Shown piece after piece: positions 12,119-24,069 of a DNA stretch of 64,000 nt. This DNA is from Schizochytrium sp. TIO01 (Eukaryota > Protista > Bigyra: Labyrinthulomycetes). Within the stretch, counting starts at the first letter, position 1. The number at the start of each line of letters is the position of its first letter. Position numbers and translations under genes: made by a program. A model generated the notes under the pieces. The model saw nothing but the letters and a program-made list of their open reading frames with translations. It did not search any database and was not told where the DNA came from. The stretch covers positions 496,001 to 560,000 of the forward strand of contig SMSO01000025.1 in NCBI GenBank assembly GCA_004764695.1, given 5' to 3'.

Positions 12119-14734
12119 TTAGAGTGGACGAATTTTATCTAGAAAAGGGATAATGCTTATCAAAAGCAATCAGCACTGAAAATACAAAATAAAGTAGTAC
12201 TACAAAAGTTGCACCAAGTTTTCATAATGAAGAGATATGTGAATTTGTATGTGCAGCAAAAGCCCTTACCAATCCTTCTTTAGGATCTGACATTATTAAG
12301 ATATCTAGAAAAGAGAATATTTCCGACCAGCGGCTGGCAATGCCAGGAATGTGTGATGCTAAGTTAAACAATCCCACTCCAAAGACGTTCAGAATCTTAC
12401 TTCAGTTGTATCATTTTATCATTCTTTTAAAGTGCCACTTCCTTCTGTAGTTTCGCTCTGACCCCAATTTATTTGTGGAGCTTGTAAAAGATTACCTTTC
12501 CCAAATTGTTTGGGTTTATGAAAACTTATGCAACACTAGTCAAATTACATTTGAATATAGGAGTATTAATTAGTATCCGGAACTAATCTAAAGTTGTTAA
12601 GTTTGTTTGTACTCACCATTGAGTTTAATCAATATCTTATTCTGTGAACAAATTCAGAATTCTATGATAGACCTTGATATAGTTACCATCGAGAGGGGAG
12701 TAAACTTGCTCCATACTGTCCTTCAATGGTTGGTTTCCCTCCCTCCATAATATTTCAACGCTTAGTTGGCAGGGTAAATTGCATGATGCATCTCACAGAG
12801 TGCCTTTCGAGTAGTTCCTAGTGTGATTTGACCAAGACATTTTGAATAAGGGAGCTGGGAGTATATAATCGTGCAGATATGTTTTGCGCAGCAAGTAACC
12901 ATATGTCGACAAGAACACTTTCCAGAAGATGGAATGATTTACAATGAACTTGTAGGAAACCATGATGAAACGAGATACAAAGGACCTTGCATAATGATAA
13001 ACCAACAAAGTGCAATCTTTCATTTCATTACTCTTTGTTGCACCATCTCGGCAACTTGTAAAGATACTCGCAATTATATTTTTACAAATCTTCGAATAAG
13101 TGAATATAGACAGCAGGAAAAAGAAGTCTTTGTATATTAGTCATAAGTCTAACTTAAAATATTCTTCCTTGTTGAAAACGGTTTATCACTAAAGAACATT
13201 GCAATCGAAAACGTCGTAGCATACATAACCTTTCAGACGTTATGCGGTCCCCTAAGCCAATCAGTTTCCCTGACATTTATTCAGAAATTCAATTCCCGCT
13301 GATTCTGGATGCGCTGGCTTGCATTGGTTTGTGGCGTGTGCCAACCGAATACCCTCAATCAGAAGCCAGAATTCCGTCTCAGCATTCTCACATCTGCTCA
13401 GATAATAAGGAAGGGACTTTCAAGTTAGGATTAGCTAGGCACTCAGCTAAGCTGATTACATGCACGCGCACTGTTATAGTAAATACTAGGAAATTAGTGC
13501 ACGCGCTCTTCACCTTAGATTGACACGGAAGTTGATCCAAGTTGTGCAAAAGCGCGTGCACAAGTTAAGTCAATCAAATCATTCTCTTATTAGCAGAAAC
13601 GTTGGACCTGGCTGGATTGCGCACATTAAACAACCTATCGTCGCATCAGCTCGGCAGACCAGAATTGGCGAGGAGACATTTTGACGTGGACGGGTTATAC
13701 GGTAGGTTTTTTGTGAGCTCGATGTTGGCTCGGCGGCGCGATCGAAGTTGGCGAAAACCCATAGAAATTGAGGAAGCAACCAGCTGAGCGAGGGAGCGTG
13801 GCAAAAGAAGGCCTGACCAGCAGTTCAATGCAACGTGGACGCACCCACCCAGGCTGTGACTCAGCCTATATATTGCAGATACGTCAGTATTGAAGCAGAC
13901 GAGGGGCGTGGGACGTAGGATGTGGCTTCCGCAAATCCGGCGAAGCTCGTCGCACGTCCAGATTTGGCCTGGCGGTCTGAAAATACCAATCGTGCTTCCT
14001 TATATTTGAAGTTACTGGTAGCCGCCACGGTTCAACCATGTATGATATTCAATAGACCGATTACATTCTCGCCTCTTAACCTTTGCGAAATTAGGAGGAT
14101 TATTCGGATTTCGTTGAGATGATGGATGGAGTTGACGATGATTGAAGCGTGAAGAAAATTTGAAGAGAAGAGGAACACCAGGTTGTAGGAAGAAACCTCG
14201 CCATCTCCTTTGCAATTGCTGGACGGTGTTTAACATGCCCGCTTAAAAAGAAATCTAGAGATTGTTGGTTAAATTTTTGGCCAAAATAGAAACCGGAGTT
14301 TCCTAACTCTGAAATTCGTTTATTCCTGCGCGCTCGATTACGATAAAATTCTATTTAGGTAGACTCCGTTTTCGGAATGATAACTCTCTAGCATGAAGTT
14401 CTAATCAAACTAACTTTGACGTAGCGTAACACCGTAGTAGGCGCAAAAGGAATATCTGTGCTCACGACTATTTTGGTTCAGGTACGTCTGATGAGATGAG
14501 AGGGAAGGTTAGCAGCGCGTAGGTAGGCAGTACTTAGACTGTACTCTGTAGCACAAAGTGAGTGGGTGACGTGAAGAAGAAAACTTGTGCAAAGATGCAA
14601 ACCTGCAATACAAACAGATTCCTCCTGGTTGCCCGGCGCGTGGCCAAAACAGATCACTAACTAGTTTGCAGCCAAATTTAGCCACAGAAGCTTGTTGATT
14701 GTAAAAAGAGAAGTCTCGAATACATTGTATCACG

Positions 14735-15340
14735 ATGGATAACCTTGAGCGTCTCCTCGCAGAGCTGCTGACGGACTTTGACACCATCAGCACCACTCGT
14801 AAGCAGTACCGGGATATGCTGGACGACGTTATTCGCACCACTACTGCACGTTATGTGACCGAGGCCACTTCTGGATTCTTTCCTGACAAAACCCAGCCAG
14901 CATACATTTACCTGCGTGCGGCTCTGCGTTTGGCACGTGCCAGCCAAGAAGGCCCTGGAGAGGAGCGTGTCAGCTTGGTGCAAGGTGCCCTAGATGATGC
15001 ACAGCAAGCACGCTGGGAAGGCGTCGACCAGAATACACATGAAGTTCATGGCGATGTTCCCCATCTCCGTGCTGACGCAGACGCTCGCAGCGCTGATGAA
15101 TACAACCACAAACTTGCTGAAATTTATGACCAGGCTGGAGACCTTTTCAATCAGGTGCGTGGACGCGGACACCCTGAATCTGAAAACATGTTCACAGCAA
15201 TTGCTCAAATCGCCATGATTTGCAGCTTCCCAGATGAAATTCCGTACAAGTTTACAAAGGATGAGCGTAACGGAGCTGTTCGCAAGTGCGAGGATATGAT
15301 CAAATTCTCTCTTCGCATCTGCCGTAGCAAGACCCATTAA
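14735..15340 (+). CDS. Hypothetical alpha-helical protein, 201 aa; probable 5'UTR intron 14482-14671
   Basis: ATG-initiated ORF with codon usage like the other genes (CGT/CGC, GAC, GAG). Upstream cag|GTACGT donor, CACTAAC branch point and TTTGCAG acceptor. No family recognised. Confidence 0.7.
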   Translation: MDNLERLLAELLTDFDTISTTRKQYRDMLDDVIRTTTARYVTEATSGFFPDKTQPAYIYLRAALRLARASQEGPGEERVSLVQGALDDAQQARWEGVDQNTHEVHGDVPHLRADADARSADEYNHKLAEIYDQAGDLFNQVRGRGHPESENMFTAIAQIAMICSFPDEIPYKFTKDERNGAVRKCEDMIKFSLRICRSKTH

Positions 15341-15985
15341 TGCTTTGCTTTCTGAGGAGCATAAATCTTCAGTTCTGTGACCTCATTACTCTAAAAATCT
15401 TTACATCTGTTTGAAGATGCCAATGGACACCACAGTTGCGCTACATTTTCAACTCGCATACAGCAGTCTCCTAAAGTACCAATCAATAAATTAATTTCCC
15501 GCCTAATCTAGAACTAGCTTTCCGGTTCACGCCTCAGGTGTCAACAACAAAACTTCAATTCGTTTTTACATATACTAGGTTTCTCATATCATAAGTTTCC
15601 TATTCTTGTTATTGAAGTAATTGCTTCTTGGGACGAAGTTTTGAGAACGGTAAGCCGAGGATGGCGATTGCCACAAAAATGATTGCCTACTGCAACTGAT
15701 AACTTCTCCCCCACCCTAACTAGCTTTATATCTATGACTCCCTTCGTGAGAAATAACAAATATGCGCGTATCACATTTATTGTCATGGCACTTACTCCTG
15801 AGCACGTCGCTTTGAAATAAGTCAACCTTCTCTTGTATGTAGTGTATGCCTTTGTACCTAATACTGATGATAGTCTATTTTTATTTTTAGTTTCGTCACT
15901 TGAAGAGAAAAGGGTAAACGTGGTTCACGCTGTTCGAGTGTAGCACACTCTCACAAACCACAGGCGTAGCTTGAGCACTGCTGCT

Positions 15986-16879
15986 ATGAGCTTCTCTTTT
16001 GGCTTCTTCGACGACGCTGACGCCTCTTCAGACACCACCACCACGGCTGCTGGAAACGATGCAGCTAAATCATGGGCTTCTTGTGCTGATGCAGACTCGT
16101 GGCTCCCAGCTCAGAACGTGACCGAAGATGCCGTCGCGGCCTTCGAAGCCTCGCACAACAACGTAGACCCGGAGAACTCTGTGCGAAGATGGCACTCCTT
16201 TGTCGTTAGCGATAGCTTGCGCCTCGAAGCCATGCAAGACGCTTCAGAAGCTCAAGCACATCATACAGATGTGGACCCTGGTAAATATGAAGGCGGTCTC
16301 AAATTGTGGGAATGCACGCTCGACCTTCTTCGATTCTTAGACGCCAATTCTACCACTTTCTGTCAACCGGGAACACAAGTCCTCGACCTTGGTTGTGGCC
16401 AGGGTCTATTAGGATGTTGGGCTCTGCAGAAGGGTTGCCAGGTAGACTTTCAAGACCTCAACAGGGAGGTGCTCGTAAAGCAAACTTTGCCGAATGCTGT
16501 ACGTAACACTGGTCTTTCAGCGCAGGAGCTCTATGGCTCAGGCCGTGCAAAGCTTTTCGCTGGAGATTGGCGATCTTACCTTGCCTCTCAGGACTCCTCG
16601 ATTGAGCTAGGTCAAGCAGACCTTGTAGTTAGCTCTGAAACACTCTACTCAGATAGCCTTTACCCAGCTCTGTATGACCTTCTCTTGCAGGTTCTGCGAC
16701 CTGGAAAAGAAAGTGTCGCTTTGCTTGCTGCAAAACGGTTCTACTTTGGTGTCGGTGGTGGCACTGACACATTTGCCCTGTACTGCCAGCAACGCGGAAC
16801 TTTGCTGTGTGAACGTGTACATGCTGTCTCAGATGGAAACTCAAACGTGCGTGATATTCTCAAGGTGAGCAGGGCCTGA
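15986..16879 (+). CDS. METTL18: Histidine protein methyltransferase 1 homolog (METTL18/Hpm1)
   Basis: MSFSFGFF N-terminus, PGKYEGGLKLWECTLDL, SAM motif I VLDLGCGQG, FQDLN, SETLY and AAKRFYFGVGGG motifs. Confidence 0.93.
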   Translation: MSFSFGFFDDADASSDTTTTAAGNDAAKSWASCADADSWLPAQNVTEDAVAAFEASHNNVDPENSVRRWHSFVVSDSLRLEAMQDASEAQAHHTDVDPGKYEGGLKLWECTLDLLRFLDANSTTFCQPGTQVLDLGCGQGLLGCWALQKGCQVDFQDLNREVLVKQTLPNAVRNTGLSAQELYGSGRAKLFAGDWRSYLASQDSSIELGQADLVVSSETLYSDSLYPALYDLLLQVLRPGKESVALLAAKRFYFGVGGGTDTFALYCQQRGTLLCERVHAVSDGNSNVRDILKVSRA

Positions 16880-18785
16880 GTGCAACATATGTTGAAAATA
16901 GTCGGATATGTTAAGATTTTATTATATACGCACGAAGCACTCAAGCATGAACAAGCATGGAGCGTTGTTCCCATTCTGCCCTTTGTGCCAACCTAACAAA
17001 CATCTCGATCAATCGTAGCGTCCTGTAGCTACCTATAATTATAACTTTATAGATTGAGTGTGATTTTTCTCGAATTGCTCTTGATGTTTGTATAGCCTTA
17101 CAAGCAGATTACGTGATCTACAATCGATTCAATGTAATGCTGATAAGCAAGTGCCTGAACCGAAACTAGAAAATCTCGCTAATTATGTGATAATTTTTTA
17201 ATTTAATCATACTAAAAGCCTCTCACTATTTGAATTCTAAGTGTTTGGTTGTAGCATCACTCAATAAGATTTAGAACTTTGATTCCTCATCCAGATTATC
17301 CCCATTCGTTCGCATTTTCATCTTCAGAATCAGCACAAAACATTTCATTTTGTTGGTTTATTTTCTTCAGTTCTGCGCAATCAAGCAATTCATTATATCA
17401 TATGCCCAGCCCATAAACTCACTAGTTCTTCACAATTTTCCCACCCCAAACGCTACGAATAATCCAGCCCAGCCCAGCCCAGCCCAGCCCACACGCTTTC
17501 CCCTGATTTTATGGGCTCAAGAACCTGCTCAGTACTTTTAATCCATCTCTCCGCGCCCCGACTCCATTTTCGTTACCCCTTTTCTCTAATGTATCTATGT
17601 AGTACTAGTGTCATTTTTATCTTTTTATTTTTATTTTATCTCTTCCATAATAATATGACTGTCACGACGTTTGGAGAAACAAAAAAAGAGATTCAAAAGG
17701 AAAAGAAATCTTATCAATTGAAGGCTTTTTTATTTATTTTTAAAAAAAAGGTTAGAATTCATATTTTATTTTGCGAAATAGAACTACGCATAACAGTATC
17801 TATAATTTTGCTACGACTATATAGAGTTAAAAATAAAGAATAGAAAACATATTTTCATTCAAGCAGAGCGTCAATCGATCCCCATCGATCAATCACCCAA
17901 TCGCAGCGTTCTCTGCTCCAGCTGGGTGGCTGGACTTGGACAGTACGTTCACGCAACATATGACGTTGGAAGGGCTTCGACGGGATCCTCGGTTACGACT
18001 CGAGCCGGTCTTGAGGGTGTGGGCGTCGTTTGCAGTTTATCTTCTTCTCCGCCAATAAAAACAAGCAAAAACAAAGACGAACTCAGATTCTGCGCGCACC
18101 GCCGTGAACCTAGCAGCACCAGGGACACCCGAGCGTTACGAAATGGTCGCCTAATGCGATCCTTAGCCCCCCTGATATGACAAGGATGGCTGTGCGGCCC
18201 CAAGCGGGGCTCCAGGCGCGAATTCTGAGCCATCATGTAGACCAGTTTTTCTTGTTTTCTTCTTATAATTATTCGATAGTTGTCGTTGGGATTATCTCAA
18301 TCGCGTCGCTATGATTTATATATACAAGACGAATTCTTGCAGAATTACAACTCATGATGTGACAGAAAGGCAGAAAAGTGCTAGTTTGCTTAGGAGTGTA
18401 CTCATGCAAAATGCTGAGCTTGCCACCTCTTTGTTTGGTTGGGTGTTCTTATTATGGTTTAGTGCAATTAGGTACTGGTTTTACGGAGGTGCTGGTGGCC
18501 TCGACTTGGACTACATTAAATCAATTGGATGTGATGTGATAATTAAATGTACCATGAGAGCTCTATATTGAACCACTCTATTGGATGAGGGTTGGAACAT
18601 GGCGGATAGGTTTGGCGTATGTTTGGCTGCCTGCGGAGGGTTGGTGGTATAAATTGCGAATGAAGAGGACTGACTGATGGAAACAGCAACGCGGGAAGAG
18701 AACCTGATAGAATAGATTACTTGTGATAATTCTCCGGACAGGTAGTGGAGATTGAAAAGGACCCAGCGCTAAAGCTGGTGACAAG

Positions 18786-21140
18786 ATGACGCACGCAGCG
18801 GACATTACCAGCAATGCTGGGGCTGAAGCTGCCGCCATCGCCATCATTGTAGCGTCTTCAGTGATTGGTCTTATCTTTGCAGCAATTCAATACTTGAAGA
18901 TCCGCAGCATTGATATGGACTTGCACATCAATGAGCGTTCTCTTGTTAATTACGACGATGCCCAATTGGGCACCGAAACTCATGAAGAGAAACTCAAAAA
19001 CATTTCCGAGGCTATCCAGGTCGGAGCGCGTTCGTTCCTCAAGGCTGAATACACCATTTGTGCAGCTTTCCTAGTCTTTTTTGGCCTAATTCTTCTTGTT
19101 TTGCTTGGCACTGCTGATAATTGCGGACCTATCCCAGTGTCGACAGGCGTGCCACAGTCTGGCAGCTGCTGGGGAGATGCAGGTTTCACTTTGTTGGCTT
19201 TCATTGTTGGTGGCCTCACCTCGATGGTCTGTGGCCTCATTGGCATGCTGATCGCTGTTTATACCAACGTGCGCTGCACAGTCGAGGCAACCCGCGGCTG
19301 GACTGGTGCTTTCAACGCAGCGTTTCGTGGTGGTGCAGTGATGGGTTTCTGCTTGTCTAGCATGGGCCTCCTGGTGCTCTATATCATTATTGAACTCTAC
19401 CGTGTGCACTTCATTTTCAACCACGGCGAGACAACAACCACGGTGGAAGGCCAAGAAGAACCCGTCTTCATTTATCTTATCTTCTTCGATGTTGTTGCTG
19501 GATATGGTCTCGGTGGTAGCTCTATTGCTCTTTTCGGACGCGTCGGAGGTGGCATTTACACCAAAGCTGCTGATGTGGGTGCAGATCTCGTTGGAAAAGT
19601 TGAAAAGAACATTCCTGAGGACGACCCCCGCAATCCAGCTACTATCGCTGATAATGTAGGCGATAACGTTGGTGATATTGCTGGCATGGGCGCCGATTTG
19701 TTTGGCTCGTTTGCTGAATCGACAAGTGCTGCTCTTGTCCTGAGTGCTTCATCGACTCAGCTTCAAGAAAGCTATGCCACCATGCTTTTCCCGCTGGTTG
19801 TTTCAGCTGTGGGCATTCTTGCGTGCATCCTGACTTCCTTTATGGCCACTCACGTTCGACCTGTAACCAAGGGCTCTGACGTCGAAGGCGTCTTGAAGAC
19901 ACAACTTGTTCTGTCCACGGTACTTCTCACTCCTCTTTTGGCCTTGGTTTCTTGGCTTTTCCTGCCGCAGGATTTCACCTTTGGGTCAGACCCAGACGCC
20001 AACGCCATTCCTGGCACAGCAGAAGTAAGTCATTGGTGGGGCGCATTTATCTGCTTGGCATGTGGTCTTTGGGCTGGTCTTTTTACAGGTCTCATTACCG
20101 AGTATTACACTAGCTACTCATACGCTCCTGTTAAGGAAGTGTCGGCATCTTCAGAGACAGGCGCTGCTACTGTGATTATCTATGGTCTTGCTTTGGGATA
20201 CAAGTCCGCAATTATCCCAGTCTTTCTCTTTGCACTGACCATTTTTACGAGCTTCTACCTTTGCGGACTCTATGGAGTGTCGCTTGCTGCTCTTGGTATG
20301 CTTTCATCATTCTCGATAGGCCTTACAATCGACGGCTATGGCCCGATTACAGATAACGCAGGTGGTCTCGCAGAAATGGCAGAGCTGGGCGAGAATGTCC
20401 GCTTCATTACTGACACACTTGACGCAGCCGGAAACACCACGGCTGCTATTGGCAAAGGATTTGCGATTGGATCTGCTGCATTGGTATCGCTTGCTCTGTT
20501 TGGTGCCTACGTTTCCCGCATTGGGGCCCTGGAGGATGGCATCAATATTCTATCACCCATCACGTTTGCCTTCTTGCTCATTGGTGCCATGATCCCGTAC
20601 TGGTTCTCTGCTATGACCATGAAGAGTGTTGGCGTAGCTGCTCAAGCGATGGTGCGAGAGGTTCGCCATCAGTTTGAGACAATCGAAGGTATCATGGAGG
20701 GTACTACAAAGCCCGACTATGCGCGCTGTGTGGAGATCTCAACACGTGCTTCCCTTCGTGAAATGATCGCTCCTTCTGCGCTTGTCATTCTTGCCCCGAT
20801 TCTCACTGGATACCTTTTTGGCGTTTATGCTCTGGCTGGGTACCTTGCTGGTTCGCTGGTGTCTGCAGTGCAGTTGGCCATTTCTGCATCCAACACAGGT
20901 GGCGCTTGGGATAACTCCAAGAAGTACATTGAGCAAGGTAACTTTGGTGGTAAGGGGTCAGACAACCACAAAGCTGCAGTTGTTGGTGACACTGTCGGCG
21001 ACCCGCTCAAGGATACTTCAGGCCCAGCTCTCAACATCGTAATGAAGCTACAGGCTATCCTTTCCTTGGTCTTTGCTGCTAGCTTCACGCGCTTTGCCGC
21101 ACCTCAAGGTATGGCATGGGCCGGCTACCCGCAGAACTAA
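18786..21140 (+). CDS. Vacuolar/acidocalcisome H+-translocating pyrophosphatase, K+-dependent type, 784 aa
   Basis: GGGIYTKAADVGADLVGKVE, EDDPRNPATIADNVGDNVGD and GDTVGDPLKDTSGP motifs, many transmembrane segments, and GNTTAA (Ala variant = K+-dependent subfamily). Confidence 0.98.
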   Translation: MTHAADITSNAGAEAAAIAIIVASSVIGLIFAAIQYLKIRSIDMDLHINERSLVNYDDAQLGTETHEEKLKNISEAIQVGARSFLKAEYTICAAFLVFFGLILLVLLGTADNCGPIPVSTGVPQSGSCWGDAGFTLLAFIVGGLTSMVCGLIGMLIAVYTNVRCTVEATRGWTGAFNAAFRGGAVMGFCLSSMGLLVLYIIIELYRVHFIFNHGETTTTVEGQEEPVFIYLIFFDVVAGYGLGGSSIALFGRVGGGIYTKAADVGADLVGKVEKNIPEDDPRNPATIADNVGDNVGDIAGMGADLFGSFAESTSAALVLSASSTQLQESYATMLFPLVVSAVGILACILTSFMATHVRPVTKGSDVEGVLKTQLVLSTVLLTPLLALVSWLFLPQDFTFGSDPDANAIPGTAEVSHWWGAFICLACGLWAGLFTGLITEYYTSYSYAPVKEVSASSETGAATVIIYGLALGYKSAIIPVFLFALTIFTSFYLCGLYGVSLAALGMLSSFSIGLTIDGYGPITDNAGGLAEMAELGENVRFITDTLDAAGNTTAAIGKGFAIGSAALVSLALFGAYVSRIGALEDGINILSPITFAFLLIGAMIPYWFSAMTMKSVGVAAQAMVREVRHQFETIEGIMEGTTKPDYARCVEISTRASLREMIAPSALVILAPILTGYLFGVYALAGYLAGSLVSAVQLAISASNTGGAWDNSKKYIEQGNFGGKGSDNHKAAVVGDTVGDPLKDTSGPALNIVMKLQAILSLVFAASFTRFAAPQGMAWAGYPQN

Positions 21141-24069
21141 ACCTTTACAAACTGGAGCCTTGATCAGTACTATGCATCTTGGCCCCTTTCGCTTCAAATC
21201 TGGGGCAAGACCTTGTGTCACTTTCCCCCGTCCTCGATATAACGATGAGTGTCAGAAAGTAGATATATTCTACAACTCCATTATCATGTAATGACTCCGT
21301 CATGACAAGGACGCTTGTTCTTCGAAGCCAAACCAGCTTTAAAAAAATGTTTTTGTCATTTTTAGCTGCTAGGTTTGGATGAAGCTACTGATACTAAAGG
21401 CGATTCTTCTTGAATCACACAAAGTCAAGCAATGACAATTGACCTCGTTCCACATTAAAGAAGTATGGCAACTGTGTCGCAATATCTTTTCTTTTAAAAA
21501 CGTAACCTAATGATTTACTTTTCTTTCATCAGTTACAAAACAGCAGCAACACAACTCGCATTCTTAAAATTTGTTTAGCTGAGTTTTTCACTGCTAGAAG
21601 GTATTGTTAACCTTTCAAAGTAATTTGTGAGCCATGAAGTGAAGCGTTTCTGACTTAAAATATGTTGACCTCACTACACTCGTCTGTCTTTTGTAGGAAT
21701 AATGCCATTTTTCTATTGAACCCTGAAGGCGTCATACAGTTGATGGTGTCAGTGTCCTATATGGCACATGACATGTAAATGAACCAATAAATATGCATAA
21801 GGTACCGCTTCGTTCTAAAACTAAAAATAGGAGGGTTACGCAAACAGTACTATCGACTCTTCGCTGGGTTCTGAACTGTTCAAAATGCTCCCGTTAACTC
21901 ACTAATGAAGAACGGCTTTACCATCTCCAAGCAAAGGCTACAGCATGAACTATAAAAATAAACTGTAGACACACTGATGACAAATACTGCCTTTCCTTGG
22001 CGAAGTGAACGCGTGATCTTTGTAATGAGTGCCAGTTCTGGCCTTGAGAGTATCAGTTTGCATCTGAGCGACAGATATCTCAGCTATGCCAGCAGTCATA
22101 CATCTAAACTTGCTGCTGTGCACCGAACTTGATAAGTATCTTTCAGGAAAGAAATGAAAGTTTTTATAGCACTCGCTCCCTCTACTACAGTGCAAACTGC
22201 TAAATTGCTGAAGATGTTACCAACACTCACCCCTAATTTACATGTTTAACAAATGTATATCCATAGACCGAGGCTTTATAGAACAGGACCTAGTTTCAAC
22301 GCCATCATCCTGACCCGTTCCCCCTCTTTTCTTTCTATGCTTGACCCATTGAACTGAACCAAACTAGATCCAAGGACCACCATCTTACAAATCCAGCGCT
22401 CCAAATAGTGTCTTTACAATTCTCCGAGCGCAACGATAGCAAAGATAGGAAGAGCTTTCTTGAGCGAATACGCGGCGCAATAACTAGTTTTCTAAATGAA
22501 GCAATTGTGAGACTAGAGTTTCCTGAGTAACCATGTCCATTACGAACTGCAGACTAAAAATTCTAAGCCACTTGTCAGCACCTAAGGTTGCAGAGTTGAT
22601 AGCTTCAGTTCTTCTCACACAGATTCCATTTCTTCCAAACTTCCAAGGTCATCTTGAGAGCGACGACACCTTGCAAGTGACCTCCAACTTCATCCATTGA
22701 ACTGAGCAATCATATCAGCCTCAATACAAGCACGTCTCCATCTTCTCCAAAACAATCATTCCCACCTTTCAAGCATTGAATCAAAGCATTTCAGACCCAC
22801 ACGTGCTGCCCTCACGTCTTGAAGTAATCTCTTGCGTAGAGCACCTCCTCTCCGCGTAAGGGACACCCAAAGCTCACTCCGAAACGCCCAAATGGAGTAC
22901 ACCTTTCAAGCCCCTTTACATCCCCGCCAGCTCTCGCAAATTGTCGGAAAGGCCCAAAGCCGAGAACCCATCTCCAAAACAAACTAGAACCGGTTCGCGA
23001 TGAGCGCCTTTTGCAGTCCTTACAAACATGTTTGTTGACATTTGTAACATCATTGATTGTAAGTAATATCATCCCTCGTAATTCCCTCATTCTCTCATTC
23101 ATTCCTTCGTTCATGCCTATCACTGTAGGTAATAACAATGAAGTCGCCGAGTTGTCTTCAGTGTTATGCACTGTGCGCGAAGCAGAAGGAACGTCTGGAA
23201 CTCCTGGAACGCTATTCAAATATAGGGCGGCGTCTGTCCCTTTGGAATCGAGGCGGAGTCCAGAAAGAAAAGAAGACGGCTTCCGCAGGAGCACCGGTGA
23301 CGCCCGCCGCTTTCCCGCCGCTTTCGAGCTTTCCCAACTCCGCTTGAGACCATGGTAAGTTGTGCTGTAAACCCGCATCGCTGGAAGACCGCTGCTCTCG
23401 CCGAAGATCGGTTGGGTTAACTGCCGCCGAGGCTTCTTCTCGCTGCTTCGATTTTCTTGCGTTTGCTTACGGTACCAGGTAGCGCTTTCTTTCTCCCGGT
23501 GCCAACTTGGCCATCGAGAAAGCTCCGCCTGGAGACGCAGCTCGCTCGGACTGAGAGGTGTAGCCGAGGAAGTTGCGAGCTGGAGTGCGACGAGATCAGG
23601 CTGGTACTGAGGTTGAGCTGCAAGGAGAGAATATATATACCTTGACCGGTTTCCAAAAGAGGATACTGATACTTATCGGTCTTTCGATATAAGTATCAGT
23701 CTTTTGATAAAATTCTTGCAGAGCACTTGAAGCCAAAGCCGTTTGTTCCGTTTCAACGCGCTGTGTGTGGCCTCTAGGACATCTTGAAAACACAGTGGCT
23801 TGTTGACGTCGTAGAGCTGCATTGGTTCGCTTGTTCATTTAACGGGTATTGTTTTGTCTCGTAAAGAGTCGCTTAGCTTGGTGAGCAGTTTCTGCACCAA
23901 CTGAAGAAGTTTTGCCTTTTCTAGGATTTCTTTCTTGATTCGAGAGCTGTTAGGTTAAGCGTTGAGACATCAAACATCATCGGACTCGCAGATAAACTAG
24001 CAAGCAAAAGATTTTTAGAACGTGGAGCGAATCTGAGCATCAGAGAGCCCAACTAAGGAACTTGCAAGG

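Noticed and set aside
22380-23840. Minus-strand Trp/Arg-rich fragments and ORFs 22812..23378, 23417..23656 and 23596..23838 as a gene or Sfi1-like pseudogene
   Set aside because: The frames I translated carry multiple stops, with no consistent splice model and no recognisable family. A decayed gene cannot be excluded.
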